From the NCBI GenBank assembly GCA_017303675.1, contig JAFLBX010000001.1, forward strand, positions 133,970 through 197,969: a stretch of 64,000 nt of DNA. The letters run 5' to 3'. Of this stretch, positions 28,630-37,993 are shown in pieces. Within the stretch, counting starts at the first letter, position 1; the number at the start of each line of letters is the position of its first letter. The notes beneath the pieces are model-generated. The model was not told where the DNA came from. It worked only from the letters and a program-made list of their open reading frames with translations, and searched no databases. Both the position numbers and the translations under genes were made by a program. This stretch comes from Ignavibacteria bacterium (GTDB lineage: Bacteria > Bacteroidota > Ignavibacteria > Tepidaquicellales > OLB5).

Positions 28630-30375
28630 ATGAAAACCCTCAAAAACTATCTTATTCTCTTATTGATAGCAGCATCAATAATCCAAACAACATTTTTGTT
28701 TTCGCAATCACTTGCCCCGGCTCAAAGCATTTTTATGCAAGGCAATAACATCAATGCAGTTTTCAGAACTGACGGTCTTTTTAATTATGATAAAGTTACT
28801 TTTTCCAGCGGTTCTGCAGGGTTTATCTGGCCGGTTACTTCGCCGCAAAGATTAACAGCGGTGTTTACATCGGGAATATGGATTGGCGCAAAAGTGGGTC
28901 CCCAGCGCGAGCTGAGACTTGCCGCATCATTCTATAACACTCATTATTCACCGGGCAATATTCCGCAAACAGGTCAGGTTCCTCCATCATCTGTCTGCAG
29001 CGATCCCTCCTGGCGCGGGTATTATGTCCAGCTAACTGACCCTTCACTATTTTCAGGTGGTACACGATATAAAACTGCCGGCGGAAGACAATATACATTC
29101 AATTACGATTCTTGGGCAAACTGGCCGGTACAGAAAGGCGCGCCGTATGTTGAAGTAAACGGCATACCCGGTTATCAACCTGCATGGGATGGCGACCGTC
29201 CCGGAATAGGAAACGGTATGACAGCAAGACCCGAAGAACTCTCATTTTTTGTATATATGGATTATTACAACTGCACGAATAATCTACACTATTCAGAATT
29301 ATCTCTACCCGGCGGAACATTACCGATGGGTGTTGAAATACAACAAATTAATTTCATGTTCAACTGCTTCCCGCTTCGGGATATGTACTTTGTAAAATAC
29401 AGGGTCATAAACAAATCTTCATTTAATTGGGATAGTACATTTATTACAAATGTAAATGATCCTGATTTAGGAGAATCAATAGATGATGCATTGGGTTGCG
29501 ATACCGTAAGAAATTTAGGATTTTATTATAATTTCGATAATGATGATCCCGTTTACGGCATGAATCCACCTGCTGTAGGAATGAGATATATTCAAAGCTC
29601 TGTCAGATCTACCGGTAATCAAAATGATACTTTAAGGTTACCTTACGATACATTAATCGGATTCAAACAGAATGGAATGACGGCTTTCAATCGTCTTTCG
29701 GGTGGATCAAATGAATGTTTATCGGATCCCGATAATGCTCATTTTGCTTTTAATTTTATGAGAGGTTTAAATGGATGCGGAGAACCATATATAAATTTTG
29801 TTACCGGGGCACCAACCAGCTTCAAATATAGTGGTAATTCATGTCAGCGAACCGGTTGGTTCGATAGTCTTTGGGGTGATTGCAGAGGATTCATGAGTAC
29901 GGGTCCTGTTACTATGAACTCAGGCGATACACAAATTGTAGTACTAAACTACATGATTACTCGCGATGGCGGCAATAATTTCCAGAACGTTTGCGCGCTG
30001 CAATCGCTGTCAGACTCAGCATTAAAGTACTACTACAACGATTTCCGCACTTGCATGCCCATTGGAATTGAACCGATAAGCACTGAAATTCCGCAAAAAT
30101 TTGAGCTGTTTCAAAATTACCCAAACCCGTTTAACCCGGCTACAAAAATAAGGTTTCATATTCCCCTCTCGAGAGGGGTGGCCGGCGAAGCCGGACGGGG
30201 TGTGTTGCTTAAAATATTTGACATCCTCGGCAAAGAAATTGCAGTGCTGGTTAATGAAAACCTCAAACACGGCATTTATGAAATTGACTGGAATGCTGAA
30301 AATATACCAAGCGGCGTATATTTTTACTCTTTAATAACAAATGAATTCACCCAAACAAAAAAATGGTGGTGTTGA
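28630..30375 (+). CDS. T9SS-sorted Cys-rich secreted protein, family A paralog 1 (altered C-terminus)
   Basis: 581 aa with a signal peptide. Paralog of the genes at 30377, 32095 and 37990. It has the NYPNPFNP...GVYFYSL CTD but ends KKWWC instead of KKMVVVK. Confidence 0.85.
   Translation: MKTLKNYLILLLIAASIIQTTFLFSQSLAPAQSIFMQGNNINAVFRTDGLFNYDKVTFSSGSAGFIWPVTSPQRLTAVFTSGIWIGAKVGPQRELRLAASFYNTHYSPGNIPQTGQVPPSSVCSDPSWRGYYVQLTDPSLFSGGTRYKTAGGRQYTFNYDSWANWPVQKGAPYVEVNGIPGYQPAWDGDRPGIGNGMTARPEELSFFVYMDYYNCTNNLHYSELSLPGGTLPMGVEIQQINFMFNCFPLRDMYFVKYRVINKSSFNWDSTFITNVNDPDLGESIDDALGCDTVRNLGFYYNFDNDDPVYGMNPPAVGMRYIQSSVRSTGNQNDTLRLPYDTLIGFKQNGMTAFNRLSGGSNECLSDPDNAHFAFNFMRGLNGCGEPYINFVTGAPTSFKYSGNSCQRTGWFDSLWGDCRGFMSTGPVTMNSGDTQIVVLNYMITRDGGNNFQNVCALQSLSDSALKYYYNDFRTCMPIGIEPISTEIPQKFELFQNYPNPFNPATKIRFHIPLSRGVAGEAGRGVLLKIFDILGKEIAVLVNENLKHGIYEIDWNAENIPSGVYFYSLITNEFTQTKKWWC
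30163..30194 (+). repeat. in-frame GC-rich double hairpin element, copy 1
   Basis: Perfect 16-bp palindrome CCCCTCTCGAGAGGGG (30163-30178), then CCGGC-GAA-GCCGG (30182-30194). It encodes PLSRGVAGEAG inside the CTD. Confidence 0.6.
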
Positions 30376-30376
30376 A

Positions 30377-32098
30377 ATGAAAAAAATATTAATGTTAATA
30401 CTGATTTTATCATTTAATATATATGCTCAGTCGCTAGCTCCGGTACAAAACATTTTTATGCAGGGCAATAATATAAACGCAGTTTTCAGAACTGACGGTT
30501 ATTTTAATTTTGATATAGTTAATTTTCTAAATGGAAGTGCTGGTTTGGTTTGGCCAAGTACATCTCCTGAAAGATTGACTGGAATTTTCACTTCAGGGTT
30601 ATTCATTGGAGCAAAAGTGGGACCGCAACGGGAGCTCAGGGTTTCTGCATCATTTTATAATACTCATTATTCACCCGGCAATATACCCGTAATTGGTCAG
30701 GTCCCGCCATCATCAGTTTGTAGTGATCCATCATGGCGCGGATATTATGTCCAGTTGACTGACCCTTCGTTAATTTCAGGAGGTACAAGATATAAAACTG
30801 CAGGAGGCAGGCAGTATACGTTTAATTATGATTCATGGGCAGCATGGCCTGTTCAGAAAGGTGCGCCATATGTTGAAGTCAATGGTATTCCCGGCTACCA
30901 GCCAGACTGGAATGGCGATAGACCCGGAATTGGCAATGGAATGACTGCAAGACCCGAAGAATTACTGTTTATGGTTTATATGGATTATACCAATTGCAGA
31001 GATACTATACACAGTTCAGTATTGGGTTTACCCGGTGGTACACTGCCTCTTGGGGCTGAAATACAGCAATTGGTTTACAATTTTAATTGTTTACCTTTAA
31101 GAGACATGTATTTTATTAGTTATAGAATTATAAATAAAAGTAATAGTCATTGGGATAGTTTATATATTTCTAATGTAAATGATGCTGATATTGGAAATTC
31201 AAATGATGATGCTACAGGCTGCGATTCAACAAGAAATCTTTCATTTACTTATAATTTTAATCAGACTGATCCCGAATACGGAAACAACCCGCCTGTTATA
31301 GGAATCAGGATGCTTCAGACACCTATTGTATTTACTGGTATAAACAGCGATACATTAAAACTACCTTATGATACATTAATTGGTTATATAACGACTGGGA
31401 TGTCAGGTTTTAACGGGATAATAGGTGGAGGGAGTGGTTGTACTGCCTATTTGGGACACGCAATTAATGCCTATAATTTCATGCGGGGAAAAGATGGCTG
31501 CGGAAATCCAATAATTAACTGGGTAACAAATAAAACCACAACATTCAGATGGAGTGGTAATGCTTGTTACAGATATGGTTGGTTTGACAGTACCGGTCAG
31601 GAAAAAAGAATGATTAGCAGTATGGGATCAGCTTCTTTGAACTCCGGTGATACACAAATTGTAGTTATGAGTTATATGATAACGCGTGACGGCGGCAATA
31701 ACTTCCAGAATGTATGCGCGCTGCAATCGTTATCTGATTCAGCACTAAAGTATTACTACAACGATTTTCGCACATGTGTGCCTATTGGAATTGAACCAAT
31801 AAGCTCAGAAATTCCCCAAAAATTTGAGCTTTTACAGAATTATCCGAACCCGTTTAACCCGGCTACAAAAATAAGGTTTCATATTCCCCTCTCGAGAGGG
31901 GTGTCCGAAGGACGGGGTGTGTTACTTAAAATTTACGATGTACTCGGCAAGGAAATTGCCGTACTGGTAAATGAAAACCTCAAACCCGGCATTTATGAAA
32001 TTGACTGGAATGCTGAGAACCTTCCTAGCGGCGTATACTTTTACTCTTTATTAACAAATGAATTTACCCAAACAAAAAAAATGGTGGTGGTAAAATGA
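30377..32098 (+). CDS. T9SS-sorted Cys-rich secreted protein, family A paralog 2
   Basis: ATG 30377 lies 1 nt after the upstream stop. Signal peptide MKKILMLILILSFNIYAQS. Full CTD ending KKMVVVK. Confidence 0.85.
   Translation: MKKILMLILILSFNIYAQSLAPVQNIFMQGNNINAVFRTDGYFNFDIVNFLNGSAGLVWPSTSPERLTGIFTSGLFIGAKVGPQRELRVSASFYNTHYSPGNIPVIGQVPPSSVCSDPSWRGYYVQLTDPSLISGGTRYKTAGGRQYTFNYDSWAAWPVQKGAPYVEVNGIPGYQPDWNGDRPGIGNGMTARPEELLFMVYMDYTNCRDTIHSSVLGLPGGTLPLGAEIQQLVYNFNCLPLRDMYFISYRIINKSNSHWDSLYISNVNDADIGNSNDDATGCDSTRNLSFTYNFNQTDPEYGNNPPVIGIRMLQTPIVFTGINSDTLKLPYDTLIGYITTGMSGFNGIIGGGSGCTAYLGHAINAYNFMRGKDGCGNPIINWVTNKTTTFRWSGNACYRYGWFDSTGQEKRMISSMGSASLNSGDTQIVVMSYMITRDGGNNFQNVCALQSLSDSALKYYYNDFRTCVPIGIEPISSEIPQKFELLQNYPNPFNPATKIRFHIPLSRGVSEGRGVLLKIYDVLGKEIAVLVNENLKPGIYEIDWNAENLPSGVYFYSLLTNEFTQTKKMVVVK
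31886..31913 (+). repeat. in-frame GC-rich double hairpin element, copy 2
   Basis: CCCCTCTCGAGAGGGG (31886-31901), then GTCC-GAA-GGAC (31903-31913). Confidence 0.6.
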
Positions 32099-33816
32099 AA
32101 ACAATATATCTGTTAATACTTTTTTTATCATATAATGTTTATTCTCAAGCTCTCGCCCCGGCGCAAAGCATTTTTATGCAGGGCAATAATATCAATGCAG
32201 TATTCAGAACTGACGGGTATTTTAATTATGATAAAGTAACATTTACATATGGTGCTGCGGGCTTTATATGGCCTGTAAATTCTCCTTCAAGGATGACTGC
32301 TGTGTTTACTTCCGGACTCTTCATTGGAGCAAAAGTGGGTCCGCAACGTGAGCTAAGGCTCTCTGCTTCAATGTTTAATTCACATTTTTCGCCGGGTAAT
32401 ATCCCTGTTATTGGACAGGTTCCCGGAACATCAGTTTGCAGCGATCCCTCATGGCGGGGGTATTACGTACAGCTAAGTGACCCTGCATTAATTAATGGAG
32501 GGACCAGATATAAATCAGCTGGCGGCAGACAGTATACTTTTAATTACGATTCATGGGCAAGCTGGCCTGTGCAAAAAGGAGCTCCATATGTAGAAGTCAA
32601 TGGAATTCCCGGCTACCAGCCTGACTGGAACGGCGACAGACCCGGTATTGGTAATGGAATGACAGCAAGACCTGAAGAACTATTGTTTATGGTATTTATG
32701 GATTATACCAATTGCAGAGATACTATACACAGTTCGGAACTTAGTTTACCCGGAGGTACAATGCCTTTAGGAGTAGAAATACATCAATTGGTTTATAATT
32801 TTAACTGCTTCCCGCTTAGAGATATGTATTTCATTAAATACAAGTTCATCAACAAAAGCTCACAGGTTTGGGATAGTACATGGATATCAAATATAAATGA
32901 TTTCGATTTGGGTAATTCAAATGATGATGCAACCGGATGCGATTCAACAAGAAATCTTTCATTCACTTATAATTTTGATAACAATGATCCCGAATACGGA
33001 ACTAACCCCCCTGTTGCAGGTACAAGATTCCTTCAATCTCCTTTAAGATATACAGGAAACAATTCTGATACAGCTAAACTGCCTTATGATACTTTAACCG
33101 GATATAAAATGACGGGGATGACAGGTTTTTTCAGGTTTATTGGCGGAGGTAATGAATGTTTTGGTGATCCTGATGAGGCTTTTAGAGCATATAATTTTAT
33201 GCGTGGAAAAGATGGCTGCGGCAATACGTTAATTAATTGGGTTACTAATCAGCCAACAACATATTTGTGCTCAGGAAATGCGTGTTTAAGAACCGGTTGG
33301 TTTGATAGTGTATCCGGGGATAAAAGAGGAATTTCGAATATGGGTCCGGTTACAATGCAGCCGGGTGATACACAAATTGTGGTATTAAGCTATATGATAA
33401 CCCGCGATGGCGGCAACAATTTCCAGAATGTTTGTGCTCTGCAATCGTTATCAGATTCAGCATTAAAGTACTACTACAACGATTTCCGAACATGTGTGCC
33501 GATTGGTATTGAACCGATAAGCGCAGAAATTCCACAAAAATTTGAGTTGGTACAGAATTATCCAAATCCGTTTAATCCGGTTACAAAAATAAGGTTTCAT
33601 ATTCCCCTCTCGAGAGGTGTGTCCGCAGGACGGGGTGTATTACTTAAAATTTACGATGTCCTTGGCAAAGAAATAGCCGTACTGGTTAACGAAAACCTCA
33701 AACCCGGCATTTACGAAATCGACTGGAACGCCGAAAACATACCAAGCGGCGTTTATTTTTACTCTTTAATAACAAATGAATTTACCCAAACAAAAAAGAT
33801 GGTGGTGGTAAAATGA
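32095..33816 (+). CDS. T9SS-sorted Cys-rich secreted protein, family A paralog 3
   Basis: ATGA overlap with the upstream gene, a signal peptide and the CTD. Confidence 0.85.
   Translation: MKTIYLLILFLSYNVYSQALAPAQSIFMQGNNINAVFRTDGYFNYDKVTFTYGAAGFIWPVNSPSRMTAVFTSGLFIGAKVGPQRELRLSASMFNSHFSPGNIPVIGQVPGTSVCSDPSWRGYYVQLSDPALINGGTRYKSAGGRQYTFNYDSWASWPVQKGAPYVEVNGIPGYQPDWNGDRPGIGNGMTARPEELLFMVFMDYTNCRDTIHSSELSLPGGTMPLGVEIHQLVYNFNCFPLRDMYFIKYKFINKSSQVWDSTWISNINDFDLGNSNDDATGCDSTRNLSFTYNFDNNDPEYGTNPPVAGTRFLQSPLRYTGNNSDTAKLPYDTLTGYKMTGMTGFFRFIGGGNECFGDPDEAFRAYNFMRGKDGCGNTLINWVTNQPTTYLCSGNACLRTGWFDSVSGDKRGISNMGPVTMQPGDTQIVVLSYMITRDGGNNFQNVCALQSLSDSALKYYYNDFRTCVPIGIEPISAEIPQKFELVQNYPNPFNPVTKIRFHIPLSRGVSAGRGVLLKIYDVLGKEIAVLVNENLKPGIYEIDWNAENIPSGVYFYSLITNEFTQTKKMVVVK
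33604..33631 (+). repeat. in-frame GC-rich double hairpin element, copy 3 (first stem degenerate)
   Basis: CCCCTCTCGAGAGGTG (palindromic core CCTCTCGAGAGG), then GTCC-GCA-GGAC (33621-33631). Confidence 0.5.
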
Positions 33817-35897
33817 AAAAGTTAATTTTTTTGATACTGCTATGCCCTTCTTCAATTCTTCTTTCCCAGGGAGGGTGGGAACTGGTTTACTCAGGTAATA
33901 TTTCATCTTACCCGGTTTACAGGGATATTAATTTTATAAATGAAACTACAGGTTTCACATTAACTAATTTTGGCTTACTGAAAACTACGAACTCATCTCA
34001 TAGCTGGAACCAGGTTATAATTCCGGGATTAACAGGAGAGATCAGCTGTTATTATATTCTAAATGAAAATAATATATGGGTCTTAACAGATCATAAAGTT
34101 AACTATACTTCAAACGGAGGTATAAACTGGAATACCATTGATACAACAATTTCAGAGCCCATGTCAATCAGCTTCATAAATGCTCTAAGCGGCTGGGTTT
34201 GCGGAAACGGCGGAATGATCAAAAAAACTACTAATGGCGGCTTTAACTGGATAAGCTGCATATCAGGAACTAATGATAATCTCAGAACGATATCATTCCA
34301 AAATGCCAATAACGGGGTTTGCGCGGGCGACTGGGGAAAAATTCTTTCAACAATAAACGGCGGGTTAAACTGGATAGTTTTTACGGATCCTTACCAGGGT
34401 TTTTTTAAAAATTCGCTCTTCTACTCACAAAATTTTTATATTAGCGGCTCAGGAGTCAATATCTACAGAAGCTCTAATAACGGAAATAACTGGAGCCTTT
34501 CATATCTTAATGCTTCGGTTATTTCCAGCATCAGATTCAATTCACAGGGAAGAGGTTTTGCTTTTGGCTCACCAAATGATATTTTTTCATCAATTAATAA
34601 CGGGCTATCGTGGGAACGGATGAGTCCAAACGGGTTAAACCCTGCAGTTTATGGCTCATCTGTTACCCCAAACGGAACTATATGGATAGCTGCTGACAGC
34701 AGCATGATATTAAATTCAACTAATTCCGGCGCAGGCTGGAATGAGATCATCCGGAATTATATAACCGGGGAAAATTTAAATGCTGTTTATTTTACTGACC
34801 AATTCTCAGGTATAGCATGCGGGAATAAAGGAGTACTTATTAAATCTACTAATGGCGGAGTGAACTGGAAACATACCGGTTTAAATGAAACAGGAAATCT
34901 AAGGTCAGTAAAATTTACTGATAATAACACGGGTTTTATCTGCGGCGGTAACGGTTCAACTGAGGGAGTAATTTACCGAACAACGGATTTTGGGACATCC
35001 TGGGTAAATCAATTCAGGGATTCTTCCCACTTGAACAGTATTTTTTTTATCAATTCTCAAACAGGCTGGGCAGCCGGTGTAAAAGGTATATTTTTAAAAA
35101 CCACAAATAGCGGTATAATCTGGGTAAGAGAGCGTTTTCAAGATACTACTATAAATAATATTTCTTTCTTAAATAATAATACAGGTTTTATTTGCAGCAG
35201 GAAAATATATAAAACCACTAACTCAGGAACAAACTGGTACCAGGTTTTGAATAATCCATCATATCAAATACAGGTTACAGGCAATACCATTTATGCGCTA
35301 AGCAAATCCTTAAACGTGAATTATATAAATAAAAGCACTGATTTTGGTGAATCCTGGAGCAGTACTTCGCAGGGAAGCGGTTCAAATTTCAGCTTTTACT
35401 TTGTTAACTCTGAGACAGGATGGTTTAGTAACAGTTCAGCAGTCAGAAGGACTACAAATGGCGGAGCAAACTGGAGCATACAGCCCGGCACAGGGATTTC
35501 AGTATTAACTATCTTTTTTACAGATCCTTTGCATGGTTGGGTTGCCGGTAATTCCGGTTCAATCGCAAGAACCATAACAGGGGGAATAGGTATAACACAA
35601 ATATCATCTGATGTACCAATGGATTACCAATTGCAGCAAAACTATCCAAATCCTTTCAATCCCGCTACAAAAATAAGATTCAATATTCCTGCATTTGCAG
35701 AGATAACCCGGCGGATCGTCTCCCTGAAAATTTACGATATACTTGGCAAAGAAATTGCCGTACTTGTAAACGAAAATCTCAAACCCGGCATTTATGAAGT
35801 TGAGTGGAATGTACAAAATATTCCAAGTGGTGTGTATTTTTACTCTTTAATAACCAATGAATTTACCCAAACAAAAAAGATGGTAGTGGTAAAATGA
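33813..35897 (+). CDS. T9SS-sorted BNR/Ycf48-like beta-propeller repeat protein, family B paralog 1
   Basis: 694 aa with a signal peptide. It has many (K/R)(T/S)TNGGxNW repeats. The last ~58 aa of the CTD are nearly identical to the family A tail. ATGA overlaps occur at both ends. Confidence 0.85.
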   Translation: MKKLIFLILLCPSSILLSQGGWELVYSGNISSYPVYRDINFINETTGFTLTNFGLLKTTNSSHSWNQVIIPGLTGEISCYYILNENNIWVLTDHKVNYTSNGGINWNTIDTTISEPMSISFINALSGWVCGNGGMIKKTTNGGFNWISCISGTNDNLRTISFQNANNGVCAGDWGKILSTINGGLNWIVFTDPYQGFFKNSLFYSQNFYISGSGVNIYRSSNNGNNWSLSYLNASVISSIRFNSQGRGFAFGSPNDIFSSINNGLSWERMSPNGLNPAVYGSSVTPNGTIWIAADSSMILNSTNSGAGWNEIIRNYITGENLNAVYFTDQFSGIACGNKGVLIKSTNGGVNWKHTGLNETGNLRSVKFTDNNTGFICGGNGSTEGVIYRTTDFGTSWVNQFRDSSHLNSIFFINSQTGWAAGVKGIFLKTTNSGIIWVRERFQDTTINNISFLNNNTGFICSRKIYKTTNSGTNWYQVLNNPSYQIQVTGNTIYALSKSLNVNYINKSTDFGESWSSTSQGSGSNFSFYFVNSETGWFSNSSAVRRTTNGGANWSIQPGTGISVLTIFFTDPLHGWVAGNSGSIARTITGGIGITQISSDVPMDYQLQQNYPNPFNPATKIRFNIPAFAEITRRIVSLKIYDILGKEIAVLVNENLKPGIYEVEWNVQNIPSGVYFYSLITNEFTQTKKMVVVK

Positions 35898-37993
35898 AAA
35901 AAATAATACTGTTTATTTTTATAATTCTTATCTTCAAACTGGATTCATTTGGCGGCTGGGAAGTAATTTATCCCGGTTTGAATATTTACGGATCATATTA
36001 TAAGGATATAGCGTTTTTCAATGATCAGACCGGATGGCTGTTAACACAATCAGATGTAAGAAAAACCACAAACGGCGCTCAGACCTGGATAAAGTATGAC
36101 CTTTCAAGGGGCTATTACACATCAATGACCTGCGCCCAGTTTCTCAATAAAGATACAGGCTGGGTATTAGTCGGCAAATTCCTGAACTTTACAACAAATA
36201 GCGGAGCAAACTGGACGATAATGGATTCTTCTACTTCTAATATCAAAAGTATGCATTTTCTTGATATCAATAACGGCTGGGCATGTGGCAGCAGCGGTTC
36301 AGTTTATAAAACCACAAATGGAGGAAAAAACTGGTTAAGTATAAATACGGGCACATCAAACAATTTAAATGCTGTTTCATTTGCAGATAATAACTTTGGA
36401 GTTTGCGGGGGTGATTGGGGCACTATTATATGGACAACAAATGGTGGATTGAATTGGAATAATTTTACAGATAGTTATATTAATTTCTTTACAAATGTAA
36501 AATGTTTCAATAACCAAACCTGCATCGTTACAGGTACAGGAAGCATTTTATACCGGACAACCAATCGCGGAGCATCATGGCAGCCTCATTTTACAAATTT
36601 ATTAATACAGAATACTATTGAGCTTGATCCAGCAAACAACGGTTATATTTTCGGTTCTCCGAATTCTTTTATAAGAACGGCAAATTCAGGAAGTACGTGG
36701 GAAACGATTACTTCCGTGAGCTTGTTTTCCCGGTTATATTCAGCTTCAATCACACCATCAAATACATTCTGGTGTGCAGCAGATAGCGGTATTATATTCA
36801 GATCATCCACTAACGGTAACAATTGGGATATAGCTTACAGGGAATACATTACCCAGGAAAATTTAAAATCAGTATACTTTGTAAATCAGTCAACTGGTTT
36901 AGCAGCTGGTACACACGGAATAATGCTTCGAACAACCAATGGCGGAATCAACTGGAACAGTCAGTTCCTTGGTACAGATAAAACATTTAATTCAATTCAG
37001 TTCGTTAATTCAGAAACAGGATATGCAGCAGGGGGTGAAAGCTATAGCTTTGGTATAGTTTATAAAACTACAAATTCCGGCATCAGCTGGCAGCAGGTTT
37101 ACCGTGATTCACTGCAGTTGGTTTCAGTACATTTTATAAATCCATCAACAGGATGGAGCGCAGCCAACAGCAGGGCAATAATTAAAACCACGGATGCAGG
37201 AAATAACTGGAGTAAATCCATTATAACAACAACTCAACCCCTAAATAATATTTATGATATTTTTTTTATTAATGAAAACACCGGGTTTATAGGAAGTACC
37301 GGAATGTATAAAACAACTGACGGTGGTATAAACTGGTACAGGGTACTTGTTTATATTACACAATCCATCCAGTTTATTGGGAATAGCGGTTTTGCAATTA
37401 CTAATGCAGCAGGAAATTTCATGAAATCAACAAACACCGGCGAAAACTGGGTGTCATATCCAACCGGAGGAAGTTACAGAGGAGACGTATTTTTCATTAA
37501 TACTGAAACAGGCTGGGTTAATACACCGAATATTATCCGTAAGACTACTAATGGAGGTATTAACTGGGCTGTACAAAACACTGACTTAAACTCAATTTCT
37601 GCCAACGCATTATTTTTTATTAATGAAAATATTGGCTGGGCTGCAGGCAATTATGGCGGTATAATGCGAACAACTAACGGCGGCATAGGAATTTCAACTA
37701 TTTCAACGGAAATTCCCAGGCAGTTCAATTTGTACCAGAATTATCCTAACCCATTTAATCCGGTAACAAAGATAAGATTCAGTATTCCCTCTACTCTGGA
37801 GAACCGGCAATCAGTCTCGCTGAAAATATACGACATTCTCGGCAAAAAAATCGTCGTGCTGGTAAACGAAAATCTGCTACCCGGAACTTATGAAACTGAA
37901 TGGAATGCCTCAAATTATTCAAGCGGTATATATTTTTACAGTCTAATAACTGATAACTTCACCCAAACCAGAAAGATGGTATTAATAAAATGA
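35894..37993 (+). CDS. T9SS-sorted BNR/Ycf48-like beta-propeller repeat protein, family B paralog 2
   Basis: 699 aa with the same repeat architecture (KTTNGGKNW, RTTNGGINW...). The CTD ends RKMVLIK. Confidence 0.85.
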   Translation: MKKIILFIFIILIFKLDSFGGWEVIYPGLNIYGSYYKDIAFFNDQTGWLLTQSDVRKTTNGAQTWIKYDLSRGYYTSMTCAQFLNKDTGWVLVGKFLNFTTNSGANWTIMDSSTSNIKSMHFLDINNGWACGSSGSVYKTTNGGKNWLSINTGTSNNLNAVSFADNNFGVCGGDWGTIIWTTNGGLNWNNFTDSYINFFTNVKCFNNQTCIVTGTGSILYRTTNRGASWQPHFTNLLIQNTIELDPANNGYIFGSPNSFIRTANSGSTWETITSVSLFSRLYSASITPSNTFWCAADSGIIFRSSTNGNNWDIAYREYITQENLKSVYFVNQSTGLAAGTHGIMLRTTNGGINWNSQFLGTDKTFNSIQFVNSETGYAAGGESYSFGIVYKTTNSGISWQQVYRDSLQLVSVHFINPSTGWSAANSRAIIKTTDAGNNWSKSIITTTQPLNNIYDIFFINENTGFIGSTGMYKTTDGGINWYRVLVYITQSIQFIGNSGFAITNAAGNFMKSTNTGENWVSYPTGGSYRGDVFFINTETGWVNTPNIIRKTTNGGINWAVQNTDLNSISANALFFINENIGWAAGNYGGIMRTTNGGIGISTISTEIPRQFNLYQNYPNPFNPVTKIRFSIPSTLENRQSVSLKIYDILGKKIVVLVNENLLPGTYETEWNASNYSSGIYFYSLITDNFTQTRKMVLIK

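Noticed and set aside
30341-30376. Upstream start (MNSPKQKNGGVE) for paralog A2.
   Set aside because: This segment is the out-of-frame tail of A1. ATG 30377 gives the MKKILMLIL signal peptide, matching the other array members.
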